Shown: positions 12,100 to 24,294, numbered from the whole stretch's first letter. The stretch: DNA of 63,698 bases, filler included, from Octopus bimaculoides (GCF_001194135.2; 6 parts of 5 records of this genome joined end to end with filler, not necessarily neighbours in it), one strand, 5' to 3'. The notes: generated from the letters alone by a model not told the origin. Numbers and translations are program-made.

Positions 12100-12983
12100 A
12101 ATAATGTGGTTTTGAAATTGCATAAGCTAAAAGTCGGAGAGGGATGGGAAAAACTACCTGCATCAACTTCCTATAAAAGCAGGTAGTAATTTACCTAGTA
12201 CTTGTTCTTAGTGCAAGTTTTGAAGAGTGCAGTTTGATTTTAACAGTTATTTTTTCAAAGCTGTAATGGAATTAGCAAAGGAGAATATTCGGCATATTTT
12301 GCTTTATGAGTTCGATAATTGCAACAACACAATGGAAAGTGCAAGGAATATTAATGTGTAAATCAGTGTCAACGGTGGTTCCAGAAATTCCTAGCCAGAA
12401 ACTACAGCCTAGAAGACAAACCTTATCCTTGAAGATCTGTAGAGCATAACGAGGGCGTCCTGCAAACTCTGGTGAAATGAAATCTCATCATAACTGTTGA
12501 GGAACTAGCAGAGAAGCTTCGATTTGGTCATTCAACCATTCATCCACACCTGCACTAGAAGAAAAACGACCATCTTTGGTTTCAAGATGAAAGGTGTTCT
12601 TCCATCAGGATAATGCTCGGCCACATATAGTGAGGATGACATTCCAAAAGCTGAAGCAGTTTGAATAGGAAACGATGCCCCATCCACCATATTCACCAGA
12701 CATTGCCCCATCTGATTATCATTTATTCTGCAGTCTTCAAAATCATTTAGCTGGGAAAAATATGAATTCTGTAGATGAGGTCAGAACAGTACTGGAGGAA
12801 TATTTTTCATCATGGATAAGTGAATTTTAGAAGAGGGGTCTTGCAAGTCTACCAGTTATATGGAAGAGCATTGTGGAAAATGAAGGTGAGTATACTTTAG
12901 ATTAAAAAAGAATTGTGTTTATCTTAATTTTGAAAATTAAAAGAAGTATAAAAAAACTGCATCATTTATGAAATGACCCAATA
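12100..12983 (+). mobile_element. Internally deleted mariner transposon
   Basis: MELAKENIRHILLYEF (ATG 12266), QRWFQKF, HQDNARPH, HPPYSPDIAPSDYHLF; stop at 12903-12905; 3' TIR-like end catcatttatgaaatgacccaata followed by (TA)n. The WVPHEL and first-Asp region is missing. Confidence 0.9.
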
Positions 12984-13125
12984 TATATATATATATATAT
13001 ATATATCTACACACACACATATATATATATGTATGCATATGTATGTATATATATATATGTATATATGTATATGTATATATGTATATGTATATATGTATAT
13101 GTGTATATATATTGTATATAGATTA

Positions 13126-13860
13126 TGTGGACGAAGCGTGGGCAAACGGCGGGAGGTGTGGACCTCTCTGCTAGGGTGGGTAGACTTCTACTGGTCTACC
13201 GTCTAGGTGTCCCGAGCCGGCTAGTTAGATGCCTACCCGGCTTAGTTAGGTTTCATTAGGTGTCGTGTCGCGTTGGTTCCCAACGGGACTGTAGCAGACA
13301 CTGGTTCGACTCATCAATATCATACAACATGTTTGGGTGGGTCGTTCTTAGATTTTCTTGTTGTAGTCTTGTTTGGGAGGTTCTTTGGCATGTCGGGCTG
13401 TTCTTGCTTAGGGAACCGGTAGATGCGATCAGGCCCAGTTGGCAATGCCTGGTACATTATGACCCGTTGTTGGTGGTGAGTGGAGGCTTGGTGCATTATG
13501 ACCTGCTGTCTTCTCAGCAGGTTGATGCACCACCGGGTTTGTCTGGTACGTTATGACCTACATGTCTCAGTGGGTAGATGCATTACCATGATGCCTTTTT
13601 GGTGTCTGGTGTGCTATTAATCGCTGTTTCGGGCAGGTGGATGCATTGCCAGGCTTTGCTCTGTTATGACTCACTACTGACAGCAGGTGGATGCACTGCC
13701 AGGCAGAACCTTCCATGGCACACTCTCTGGTTTTGGTCAGCTGGTTGGTGGCATGTTTGCTTATCTTGGGGGGTTGTGTTCCAATGGTTCCACCCCATCC
13801 ACTCCGTGTTTTCTGGATAAAAATTGGTTTTTGTGGCATATTAGGAGCTCACCATAATTC
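13126..13860. mobile_element. Unclassified GC-rich interspersed element with internal ~55-bp subrepeats
   Basis: Abrupt GC/CpG-rich block; recurring ttatgac(c/t) and caggtggatgca motifs. Confidence 0.4.
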
Positions 13861-14550
13861 ATTCTATGAAAATAAAAAATTTTCCAACCGCCAAAATAAT
13901 GGATTTGCGGGAAAGTAGGAGGCTGGAGGGAGTTGATTCCATGTGAAAAGGCGTGTTTTTTTTTTGTTTTTTTTTTGTGAAAAGTATGGGGGTGAGGGGG
14001 TAAAACTTTACCTAAGATGGCTCAAATTCTAACAAGAATAAACCAGATGAGATGTCTCAAATGATGAAAAGTATCACTGATTTAACAATACAAATTAAAT
14101 ACATGCAAAATGAATTTGTGAAGATACAAGGACACAAAAAGACATATGCTGAGGTGCTACCACCCTTAATTATTACTGGCAAAGAGGTGCAAGAGAAACA
14201 GATGAAAGGCATTCAAAGGACATTAAAAACTGTCCCAGTCGTCAATGTAAAGAAACAGGCAAACAATATTGTTGTAAATTTCCCTTCCAAACGTGACAGA
14301 GATAACGCAATAAAAGCCATGTCAAAACATAGCTTAATTTCCATAAACATCCTGAAACAAGTTATGCCAAAAATAAAGACCGTTGGAGTCGAGGAAGACT
14401 ATGAACTCAAAGATTTTCATAGAAAATTGTTTGAAAAGAATCAGACTATTGCAGAAAGTATGAAGTCAGAAAGTGATATAGGAGTGTTGACAAAATATCA
14501 AGGCAAAGAGTGAGTGACATATATTATTAAGACCACACCCAAGATCATAG

Positions 14551-15728
14551 GGATCTAGTTGGTTTAGCTGCCTGCATCAATTCTGTTTGAATTGATTTCA
14601 TATTCAGTGTAATGATACACTTTTATATGCTAATGAATGACACGAAAATCATTTTCGCTATAAATCAATAAATAAAGAGTTATTAGCAATTGAAGTTTGA
14701 AAATTTTGGGTAATTTTAAGCTAATCGTAAGCCACAGACACATTCATGCCTGTTTCCATAGTAACAAGCCAAACATGAGAACTCTTTTGTCAGTGAGAAA
14801 GCATACGTGTTGACAAATATATTCTACGCAATGCCACGTGCATTGATGTTGTGTTCTGCTGCTTGTGCATCTGGTCGTGAGATGCGCTAAGAATAACAGC
14901 TAAATAGGCTTTAAATCATGCCCCCACCATTTGAAATTTTTTTTTGCACAATCATATGAATTCCTGTGTGTAGAGTACAAATCCACAAAAATTTTCTGAA
15001 AATTCCAAATTTTAAAAAAGTTACAAGGGAGTTATATATTGTACATTAAGTAGAATTTGATTTCTTTTTTTTTTCTTTTACTTGTTTCAGTCATTTGACT
15101 GCGGCCTTGCTGGAGCATCACCTTTAGTCAAACAATTCAACCCCAGGACTTATTCTTTGTAAGCCTAATACTTATTCTATCGGCCACTTTTTGCCGAACT
15201 ACTAGATTACAGGGACATAAATACACCAACATCAGTTGTCAAGCAATGGTGAGGGGACAAACATAGACACACAAATATACACACATGCAAACACATATCT
15301 ATATATCTATATATAGATATATATATACGACAGGCTTCTTTCAGTTTCTGTTTACCAAATCCACTCACAAGGTTTTGGTCGGCTCGAGGTTATAGTAGAA
15401 GATACTTGCCCTAGGTGCCATGCAGTGGGACTGAATTCGGAACCATGTAGTTGGTAAGCAAGCTACTTACCACACAGCCAACACATGTTATTTTCAGAAT
15501 GTTGATAACACATGCAGTCACACACAAAATGACAGCTTCCAAATCCTGTTTCCTGACTGGGTGAAAATGATCAAACTTTAAACCTCTATAACTTTTTAAA
15601 AACATTTTCCAAGAAAAAGTGAAATAACTCCAGCAATTCAGCTTGGAAAAGTATATTAATGTGCCAAATTTTAAAATTTTCAATAAACTTTAATCTTTGA
15701 AATGCTGGCAGCCAAACAAACTAGATCC
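14551..15728. mobile_element. Non-autonomous DNA transposon with 27-bp TIRs, inserted in LINE ORF1
   Basis: GGATCTAGTTGGTTTAGCTGCCTGCAT ... ATGCTGGCAGCCAAACAAACTAGATCC; LINE ORF1 reads on both sides. Confidence 0.8.
15073..15480 (-). mobile_element. tRNA-derived SINE, family A, nested in the MITE
   Basis: Head tggctgtgtggtaagtagcttgc...gaattcagtccc; core ccttgtgagtggatttggta; tail gcagtcaaatgactgaaacaagtaaaag. Confidence 0.9.
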
Positions 15729-18700
15729 AATTGTAGATGCCATGAAAATATGTAATAACAAAATTTCTATTGGACTCAAAAGGTGCCCAATTTATGAACA
15801 TGTACACATAATTCAATGCTTTAAATGCAAAAAATATGGGCATGAATCAAATGAATGTCAGCATCAAAAGATCACAAATCAAATCGATGCTTAATTTGCA
15901 TGGCAAGTAGAGAGTTAGAAGTAAATCATCATTCCCATGACTATGATAGATGCAAGGTATACTTGAGAATTAAATCTTTAACCCATTGTAATATAATGAC
16001 GACAGTCTCTAATCCTCCAGACTGAGTCACTTGCAAATGATCAAACAACATTTCCCTCAAAATGATTGGTGACAAGACTGATGAAATCCTTGACCCAATG
16101 CCTGATGATGACAACATTAAATGTCAAGAGTACTTGATAGAAGGATACAATTGTCACTTTACTTTCTCAATTTTCTTCCTTTTCATATCAACATTCAAAG
16201 TCTTCCGGAAAATCACGACAAATTTAGTATCCTTCTTAATTCAATTGAGACTAAGTTCACAATTATATGCATCACTGAGATGTGGACAAAGGAGAATTAT
16301 GATAAGGATGCTTTCCAAATGAAGGGGTACTTCAGTAAATCCAGAGATGCAAGAGGGGGTGGAGTGGGTATTTATGTGCGCAACAAAATTGACAATATAA
16401 AAAGATGTAGTGGGTTGTCATTGGAGTCATCTGCTGAATCTTTATTTCTGGCGATATCTTGAACTGGACTTGGAATGAAGGTAGTCATTGGTTGAACTTA
16501 CCAACCTCCTGATAAAAATTTGAAGGATCTTTTCAACAATCTTAATTCTATAATACACAAAATAGCTTTGAAAAATAGGCTTTGTTTCTTGGCTGGCAGC
16601 TGATGATAATATTAATAGTGTTGCCCACAAACTTCAACTCCAAGAAATTCTGAAATGCAATTCCTTTTTCGCTTTAATAGAAGACAAACTGAGAACACGG
16701 GTGAATGAGGACAACAGCACACTTATAGATGATATATTCACAAACTGTATTGGCCTTGATGATATTGATGCTGGAACGATCATATCTGACATTTCAGATC
16801 ACCTTCCAATATCCTCTTTGCTTCGAACTATACAATTGCAAGAAAATAAATGCATAAGAAAATTTCTTACTTTTAAAAAAATTGATGTAAGTAGTAAGGA
16901 AAAATTTAGAGAATATATGAGACAACAGGATTTTAGCTTTATTGAGAATAGTTCTGATCTGGATTTAAACAATAACAAACTTATTAAAATAATCAAAGAG
17001 GAAAATGATATGTGTTTCAAAACTAAAAAGATGTACTTAACTAAACAGGATGACTTATCCTGACTTTTTAAAGGTTTGGTCCATTCTATAAGATACAAGA
17101 TCTATCTGTATAGAGCGTACCACAGGAACAAATTTCAAGATAAGCAAATGCATGGTCATTACAAAAAATTCAACAAAATACTAAAAAAATGTTTTAAAGT
17201 CACTAAAAAAATGTTACTATACAGGATTGCTTGAATAAAACATTAAAAATATGAAGAACTATTGGAAAACACTCAACAGTATTTTGAAAAGAGGAGATTA
17301 AGACAAAAGTTTTGGTTTCTTCCCTGATGGTGAAGGAAAATTTTTAAAACAAAATAAAAAATAGCAGACACTTTTAATAATTATTTTATCTTAGTAGCAA
17401 GATACCTTGAAAAACAAAGCCCTGACCTGCAACAACAACAAAATTAATTCTCATCAATGAGGCACTAGGCAGAGCACTCTATGTTTCTGTTGCCAACAAA
17501 TGAAGATGAGGTAGAAAAAATAATTAAAAGCACGAAACAGGAATCTCAGGGTACAAATGGAATCGTTAGAAAATACATTATCATAATACTTGATTCAATT
17601 ATTAACTCATTAACTAAAATTTTCAATCAGTGTTTAGAATTTGGTTGTTTCCCTTGAGAAATGAAGAAAGCAAAAATTATACCAATATATAAAAAGAGTG
17701 CAAAACACATTATGTCAAATTACAAACCTGTATCAATCATACCTTATTTCTCTAAAATCCTTAGAAAAATAATAAAAGAACAACTTATAAATTACATTGA
17801 TAAAAATAAGAAATGGATAAAAAAAAAGTGGCAGAATACAAGTATTATTACAAAGAATTTTATTTGGATTTAGGAAGGGGGCAAGCACAGAACTAGCATT
17901 GGGATGCTTGATGAATAACTTATACATGACAGCAGATAAAAATGAAATAACATTGGGAGTTTCCATTGATCTCAGTAAGGTGTTTGATACTATACCACAC
18001 AACATTTTACTGAAAAAACTGGAATTCATAGGGATAAGAGGTAAACAATTGGAACTTTTTAGAGGCTACTTGCAGAATAGAAAGCAATATGTGCTATTTA
18101 ATGAAATGTTAGGCGAGAACAGTGTAAACTGTGGGGTTCCACAGGTGTCTGTACTTGGCCCTATTTTATTTTTGATTTATATAAATGACCTGCCTAATAT
18201 TATAAATCAAGAAAATCGTGAAATTCTTATGTTTGCTGATGATACAAGTATTTATATATGAGGTTGGTCCCATGGAGAACTGATCTCAACTATGAATGAC
18301 ATTATGAATGATGTTATGGAATGGTTTACTCTTAATAGACTGCTATTAAATATTGATAAAACCAATTATATTGTTTTCAAGCCAGCACAGAAAAATATTG
18401 ATTTTGTAAGTGAAGCAATGATAAATGGCTCCCCTGTAAAAAGGGTTAACTGCATTAAATTTTTAGGTGTAACAATTAAGAAAGATCTGAGTCGGAAGAA
18501 TCATGTTGAGGAAGTGGCCAATAAAATGTGACGATTGATAAGGATTAGTTTTAAAATACAATCATTTGTGAATAACAAAGCTTTACTTACATTGTACAAC
18601 TTGAAGTATCTTATAACAATTTACGTGAATGTAGTATGGTGTAACAAACACAGTTATTTGATAAATAAAATATTTTTGTATTAAAAGAAGTACTTGGGAA

Positions 18701-19229
18701 TATTAGAAGGTACGCATTACTTAGCGTATACTGGTCCATTTTTTAAGAAATATAAAATCTCAACTATATTCAAAATCAATGAATAAAGATTGTCCCTCTT
18801 CACCCATAAACGGCAATTTGATATATACCAGCCTTTCCTCTCGGAAAAAGTGATGAACTTTGAAGTCAATTGCAGGGAAAATTGAAATTGAAATAATTTG
18901 TTTGTTGAAAGAATTACTCTTAATAGATCTAAAAGCATTCTAGATCACGCATCATGCTTAGTTTACAATAGTCTGCTTGATGAGATCAAAGCCATTGAAA
19001 ATATAAATTTGTTTAAGAGAAAACTTGATTGTGCCACTGGATACATAACAGAAATTAGCTTGCTCATTTCCATCTTTTCTTGTTTTATTTGTTAAGGAAT
19101 AATCTTGATCTCCTACAGTATGTACATGTTAGAGGATTTGTCTAGACATTAAATGTCAATTTTCACTCATGATTGCAAGTTGACATGCTACTTGAAGTAA
19201 AGAATAAAAAGTTTTGAATGGTACAACAA

Positions 19230-19920
19230 TACACTATAATACAAAAAATGGACTATATACCTGTTGTAATTTAGTTATCTATAGTCTGATGATATTTCGG
19301 AATACAATTCTTTCTTCAGATATTCTTAGATGGAGTCTCTGCTATAAACTGTTTTCCAACGGCTTTTCTTTTTTTTGGAAGCGTCTCAGTAGTGGTTTCA
19401 CGAAGCTCCTTCCAGAATTCCTCATGAGAAGTGCGTGAAGTCAGCTATGTTTCAATCTCGTGTGTGTTCATACATCTGTAGCGCTGCTTCTAAGTTATGT
19501 GTTACACGTGCAGCTTCTCTTCTTTTTTCCCCTTCTTTTTTTTCCTCTTTTTTTGTTATAAACAATACATGGGCATGTTATAAAGAATGAACTTACACAC
19601 ATCCAGATGTAGCTAAATAATATATTGACTACCAACCTCCAGCCTGTTGTTAATTTGGGGTCGTAGTCTGTGCATCAGTAAAGCTTCCTTAATTCTTAAA
19701 TTACCCAAATTTCTTTCATTTGCCTCAATTGTGACTGTTATGTTTTTGTCAGTGTTCCAGCATCTGTCTAGATGTTTTCTGAAGGAGGAGGCTCTCGTGT
19801 TCAGTGCTTTAACACTTTTCAAGTCACCATATAATGTCTGATACTATATGTCTATGCTGATATGTGTCATCGTGGCAGATAGGCTGTGCATCAAAGGATC
19901 AATGTCTTTATTGCATATTG
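19230..19920 (-). mobile_element. Penelope-like element 3' fragment (GIY-YIG C-terminus + 3' region)
   Basis: ORF 19613-19822: SSFRKHLDRC...TIEANERNLGNLRIKEALLMHRLRPQINNRLE, a typical PLE endonuclease end. Confidence 0.75.
19286..19325 (-). ncRNA. Minimal type I hammerhead-ribozyme-like motif (probably degenerate)
   Basis: CTGAAGA-a-aGAAT-tgt-ATTCc-GAAAT-ATC on the PLE sense strand, ~295 nt downstream of the ORF stop. Confidence 0.55.
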
Positions 19921-20649
19921 CAGCCTCATGACCATAGATAAAAAAAAAGGGAAAAAATGTCCTTTACTTGAATAAAACATTTTCTGATTCGAATCATCAA
20001 AAATTAAAAAGGCATTTAAGGTACCAGCCAGTAGCATTAAACCAGGTAACAATATCAGTTTACCACCCAAGCAAGACTATAGTGGAATTTGAACTCCAAA
20101 CACAAAAAGCTGGAACAAATAGTGCAAGACTTCTGATGAGATGTTGTTGCACATCGGCTGACATACTTTAGAGGCTTGTGAAGATGCATGGCCTAGTGGT
20201 TAGAGTGTTGCACTCACGTTCATAAGATCATGATTCTGGTTCTCAGAGTGAGTGATGCATTGTGTTCTTGAGTAAAAATAGAAAAAAAAAATCTTTTATT
20301 TCTTTTACATATTTCAGTCATTTGATTGTGGCACTGCCTTGAAGAGGTTTAGTCAAAGAAATCAACCCCAGGACTTATTGTTTGGAAGCCTAGTGCTTAT
20401 TCTATCAGTCTAAAAATAAAAAAAATAAAAGGACTTTGGAGGAAGTTCTCGAGAATAATTTAATAGTTATAGTTGTTTTTGTCTAGTATGATATATTTTC
20501 AATGCATTTTCCCCTGTAAATGTTTCCATAAATTTACTATTTTATATAAAGGATAAATAAAGATACTTTTAAATTTTTGCAGGAATTTGATAATTTTCTT
20601 TGATTTTATAATTTGTAAGAAAGTGTCATGGAAATGAGTCAATGGCTAT

Positions 20650-20873
20650 TTCTAGCATCTCAAGTTATCACAACTTGAGATGATAGAAATAGCAGCCAAT
20701 ATCCTTTTAACCTCTCTGCAACATATTTGTTTCAAGTAAAAAAGGGAAGAATGTATTAGATAATGTAGTCCTAGAAATAATATGTCTGAAAAGATAGGAT
20801 AGCCACTGCTAGAATGCTTTTGATCATAGATTTGCTCACTCAGGGATGACCTTGGACTACACAATATCAACAG
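20650..20873 (+). repeat. Interspersed repeat family D (tagaaatagcagccaa motif)
   Basis: Related segments at ~3745-3895, 4085-4142(-), 28795-28890(-) and 50795-50840(-). Confidence 0.55.
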
Positions 20874-20882
20874 CATCTAAAC

Positions 20883-21197
20883 CAATGGTTCTCAACCCCT
20901 ATTGACCCTTTTGATTATTATTCCATTCTGGCAGACCCCCATAGCCATTCAATGTGTAAAAACTGTGCTCTTTTCTAAATTTCTGCTTTTCACACAATAA
21001 CTTGTGTAAGTTGAGCTAAGTAAAATGTTAGAGAAAGAAACCAAGCTGTTTCTTGTAATAAATACATCTAAAGCAAAATTTTTCATGGCCCTTAATATAC
21101 TACTGTGAGTCCCCAATTTACTATTTTGCTTGCTTGGACCACCCAAAATCTTATATGGACCCCCAGGGGTCATATGAACCCTGGTTGAAAACCATTG
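20883..21197. mobile_element. hAT-type MITE
   Basis: 15-bp TIR caatggttctcaacc / ggttgaaaaccattg; 8-bp TSD atctaaac / atcaaaac. Confidence 0.85.
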
Positions 21198-21514
21198 ATC
21201 AAAACAGTCACACATTATTATTATACATGATTGATATTTAGTAGGAATTATATTTAGTAATAAATTATGGTAGTTACTAATAAGTTTGTGGGAATGTGCT
21301 GTGGCAATGTGCAACATTTGTTAACAGCAAAATTACGCAATATAGCAAAATCTTGTAAAATCCAAATTATTTTTGCAGCAGAGTTTTAATATATTCATAA
21401 ATTATATCATGTGGCTATTGCAACTAGTAGCCATATAAACAAACATGTATCAGAGAACTGCTGCTATAAATTAAATAATGTGGAAAATATCATGAATTAT
21501 GGATCCTAAATTAG

Positions 21515-22565
21515 GAAATTACTCAAAACTTTTCTTATATTCCAAAAATAAAGGTCAAAACAACCACTGAAAACCCAGAACTTTCATCTGAACATGAGGA
21601 ATTTTTCATGAACTTGACACATAATGTTGAAAATATTGGAACATCATCGAGTATCATTTTTAATAAGATTCTATTTGGAGACACACAAATACCTGACATG
21701 AATGAAACTGTTACCAGCAATAGCAGTAACGGTAGTATCAGTAGTATTGGTAACAACACCAACAGCAATGACAGTAGCATTAACAACAGCAATGGTAGCA
21801 GTACTGACATCGGTGACAAGCTATTGGTATCTACTGATCAAGATATCATCATGGAGCCACCAGGCTGGGAACCTGTGAATTCAATAATAATTACAAACTG
21901 TTCCAATTCAAAAAGCTTCAGCCTCAAGTTGTATGATGACGTGTTTCACTATTATGATGGTAAGATAATTCTTTTAGTTCTATATGTGTGTTGGTATTTG
22001 TTTGTTGACTGAGTATTACAGGACCACGGTAAGTTACAATCAGCCAAACAGTTTTTTATTCAATCCTACTGGATGGTACCCAAGGTATATTTCTTGTAAC
22101 ATAGTCTTCATTTGGCCAAAAAATATTTAAGTGAAACACAGATGATTTCTGTTGTGAAAGGAGAAATAACTCTAATTTTCTTTCTTTTCTTTCCTTTCTT
22201 TTTCTGTTTTAATTCACCTTTCCACTTTTAGAATCAATCTTTTTCTCATTTTTTTCTCTTGATTTCTCATGTACTAGTGTTCTGATTTTCAAATAGAACA
22301 GATCATGTGTTCAGAGCCCAACAACTACTTGGAAATACAAGGTGTGTAATAAAAAGCTTGTCTATACACATGTCTTCACAACAAGAAACAATTACTAATT
22401 TGTACTTAAACGATATCTCAATAATACTAACACTTTAGAAATGTCTGTGTGTACCTGAAATATCTTAGAAATAGTATATTTTATTTTAGTTGTTTTGCAT
22501 ATTTTTTTTCATATTTACCTTCAGCAGTGCATACAAATTTTTATGATATTTGGACCTCTATTTAA
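21515..22565 (+). CDS. Candidate spliced coding region of an unidentified gene (exons ~21515-21959, 22297-22341, 22525-22565; possible extra exon 22022-22084)
   Basis: 148-codon open frame ends at donor G|gtaaga; later acceptors and donors caaatag|A, AAG|gtgtgt, tttaccttcag|C; phase-1 chain ends ...HYYDEQIMCSEPNNYLEIQAVHTNFYDIWTSI*. No recognised domain. Confidence 0.35.
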
Positions 22566-22734
22566 ACGATTAAACACAATTTTTGTTTGTTATTTCTTAA
22601 CATGGCATCTGTAACGTCAACATACATATAATGAATGTCATGGTGTGTCAATCAACACAAACACAAGTCTTCATACTCTAAGAAAAAAAAAACGTTGTCT
22701 TTTTGATGTACACAATATTTTAATTATTTAGAAA

Positions 22735-22922
22735 TATTTTTAACTGAGCAAAGTTCAGGGAGCTCCTACCTCTGCTAGCAACTGAGGGCCTCTCACACAG
22801 GATGAAAGGTAGACTGTATAATGCATGTGTGTGAACTGCCATACTACATGGCAGTGAAACATGGGCCATGACTGCTGAGGACATGCATAGGTTTGAAAGA
22901 AAGGAAGCTAGTATAATCCGCC
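22735..22922 (-). mobile_element. RTE LINE RT fragment
   Basis: Antisense homolog of the FRELLPLLATKGLSLRVK segment at 23170-23330. Confidence 0.8.
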
Positions 22923-23084
22923 GGTTCGATTGAAATGCCGACGTGTCGGCTGCGATACGAGCCACNNNNNNNNNNNNNNNNNNNNNNNNNNNNNNNNNNN
23001 NNNNNNNNNNNNNNNNNNNNNNNNNNNNNNNNNNNNNNNNNNNNNNNNNNNNNNNNNNNNNNNNNGCAAGCTAGAGGTAGTAGA

Positions 23085-24120
23085 TAGCTTCCAGTATCTA
23101 GGCGACCAGGTTAGTCGTGGAGGTGGTTGTTCTGAGAGCATAGCTGTGAGAATAAGATTAGGAAAGGCAAAGTTCAGAGAGCTCCTACCCCTGCTGGCAA
23201 CAAAAGGCCTCTCTCTCAGAGTGAAAGACAGATTGTTTGATGCCTGTGTGCGAACAACTATGCTGTATAGCAGTGAAACATGGACTATAACAGCCAAGGA
23301 TATGCATAGGCTTGAGATAAATGAAGCTAATATGCTTTGCTGGATGTGCAATGTCAGTGTGCATGTTCGACAGAATGTAAGCATCACGAGAGAAAAGTTA
23401 GACATAAGAAGAATAAGATGTGGTGTGCAAGAGAGACGACTGCACTGGTATGGTCATGCGATGCCTATCGACGAGGACAGTTGCATAAAGAAGTTCTGAT
23501 CTCTAACTGTCGTAGAGGTAGACCCAGGAAGACCTGGGACAAGGTGGTGAATTGTAACCTTCAAACTTTGAACCTCACAGAAGCAATGACTAGTAACCAA
23601 GACCTTTGGCGATGTGCTCTGCTTAAGAGGACCTGTCAAGCCGAGAGCACCCATGCTGGTAGCATGTAAAAAAAATCAAACTTTGAACGTTGGGCTTCAT
23701 GGTGGCAAAGTGGTTGAGTTCTTTTCAAGCATCGGGCCTCAAGGAGGTGAGGTGGCTGAGTTCCTTTCAAGTGTTAGGCCTCATGGAGGCAAAGTTGCTG
23801 ATCTCCTTTTGAGTGTTGGGCCTCACGGAGGTAAGGAACAAGACCTTTGGCAGTATGTCATGCTTGAGAAGAAGACCCATCAAGCCGAGCAAAATTGCAG
23901 TCATGGCAGATACCGGTGTCATGCAAATGGCACCTGTGCTGGGGGCACGTAAAATCAATCATTACGCTCTCGAAGTGGTTGGTGTTAGGAAGGGCATCCA
24001 GTCATAGAAAACCATGCCACATCAGGCTGGAGCTAGGCACAGCCTTCTAGTGTGCCAGCTCAGTCAAACTATCCAATACATGCTTGCATGGACTGCAAAT
24101 TTTAAATGATGATGATGATG
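23085..24120 (+). mobile_element. RTE LINE 3' portion (RT thumb, 3' UTR, (GAT)n tail)
   Basis: LEVVDSFQYLGD, RIRLGKAKFRELLPLL, MLYSSETW, RRLHWYGH, RGRPRKTW; tail ends in gatgatgatg. Confidence 0.9.
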
Positions 24121-24138
24121 ATATATATATATATATAT

Positions 24139-24194
<56 letters not shown>

Positions 24195-24294
24195 NNNNNN
24201 NNNNNNNNNNNNNNNNNNNNNNNNNNNNNNNNNNNNNNTTAATTAATTAANNNNNNNNNNNNNNNNNNNNNNNNNNNNNNNNNNNNNNNNNNNN
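24195..24294. other. Assembly linker 44N-TTAATTAATTAA-44N
   Basis: Read directly. Confidence 0.95.

Larger units (their letters stand above)
13900..19220 (+). mobile_element. Near-full-length degenerate LINE, CR1/L2 group (Crack/Daphne-like): ORF1 with CCHC knuckle, ORF2 APE + RT
   Basis: ORF1 QCFKCKKYGHESNEC. APE: FHINIQSL, ICITEMW, RGGGVGIYV, LIDDIFTN, SDHLPI. RT: KIIPIYKK, NYKPVSI, DLSKVFDTIPH, GVPQVSVLGPILFLIYINDL, FADDT, FLGV. aataaa near 19204. Confidence 0.9.

Noticed and set aside
13126-13329. Solo Gypsy LTR (TGT...ACA)
   Set aside because: The flanks (atta vs tgtt) form no TSD, there is no PBS, and the GC-rich sequence continues past the putative end.
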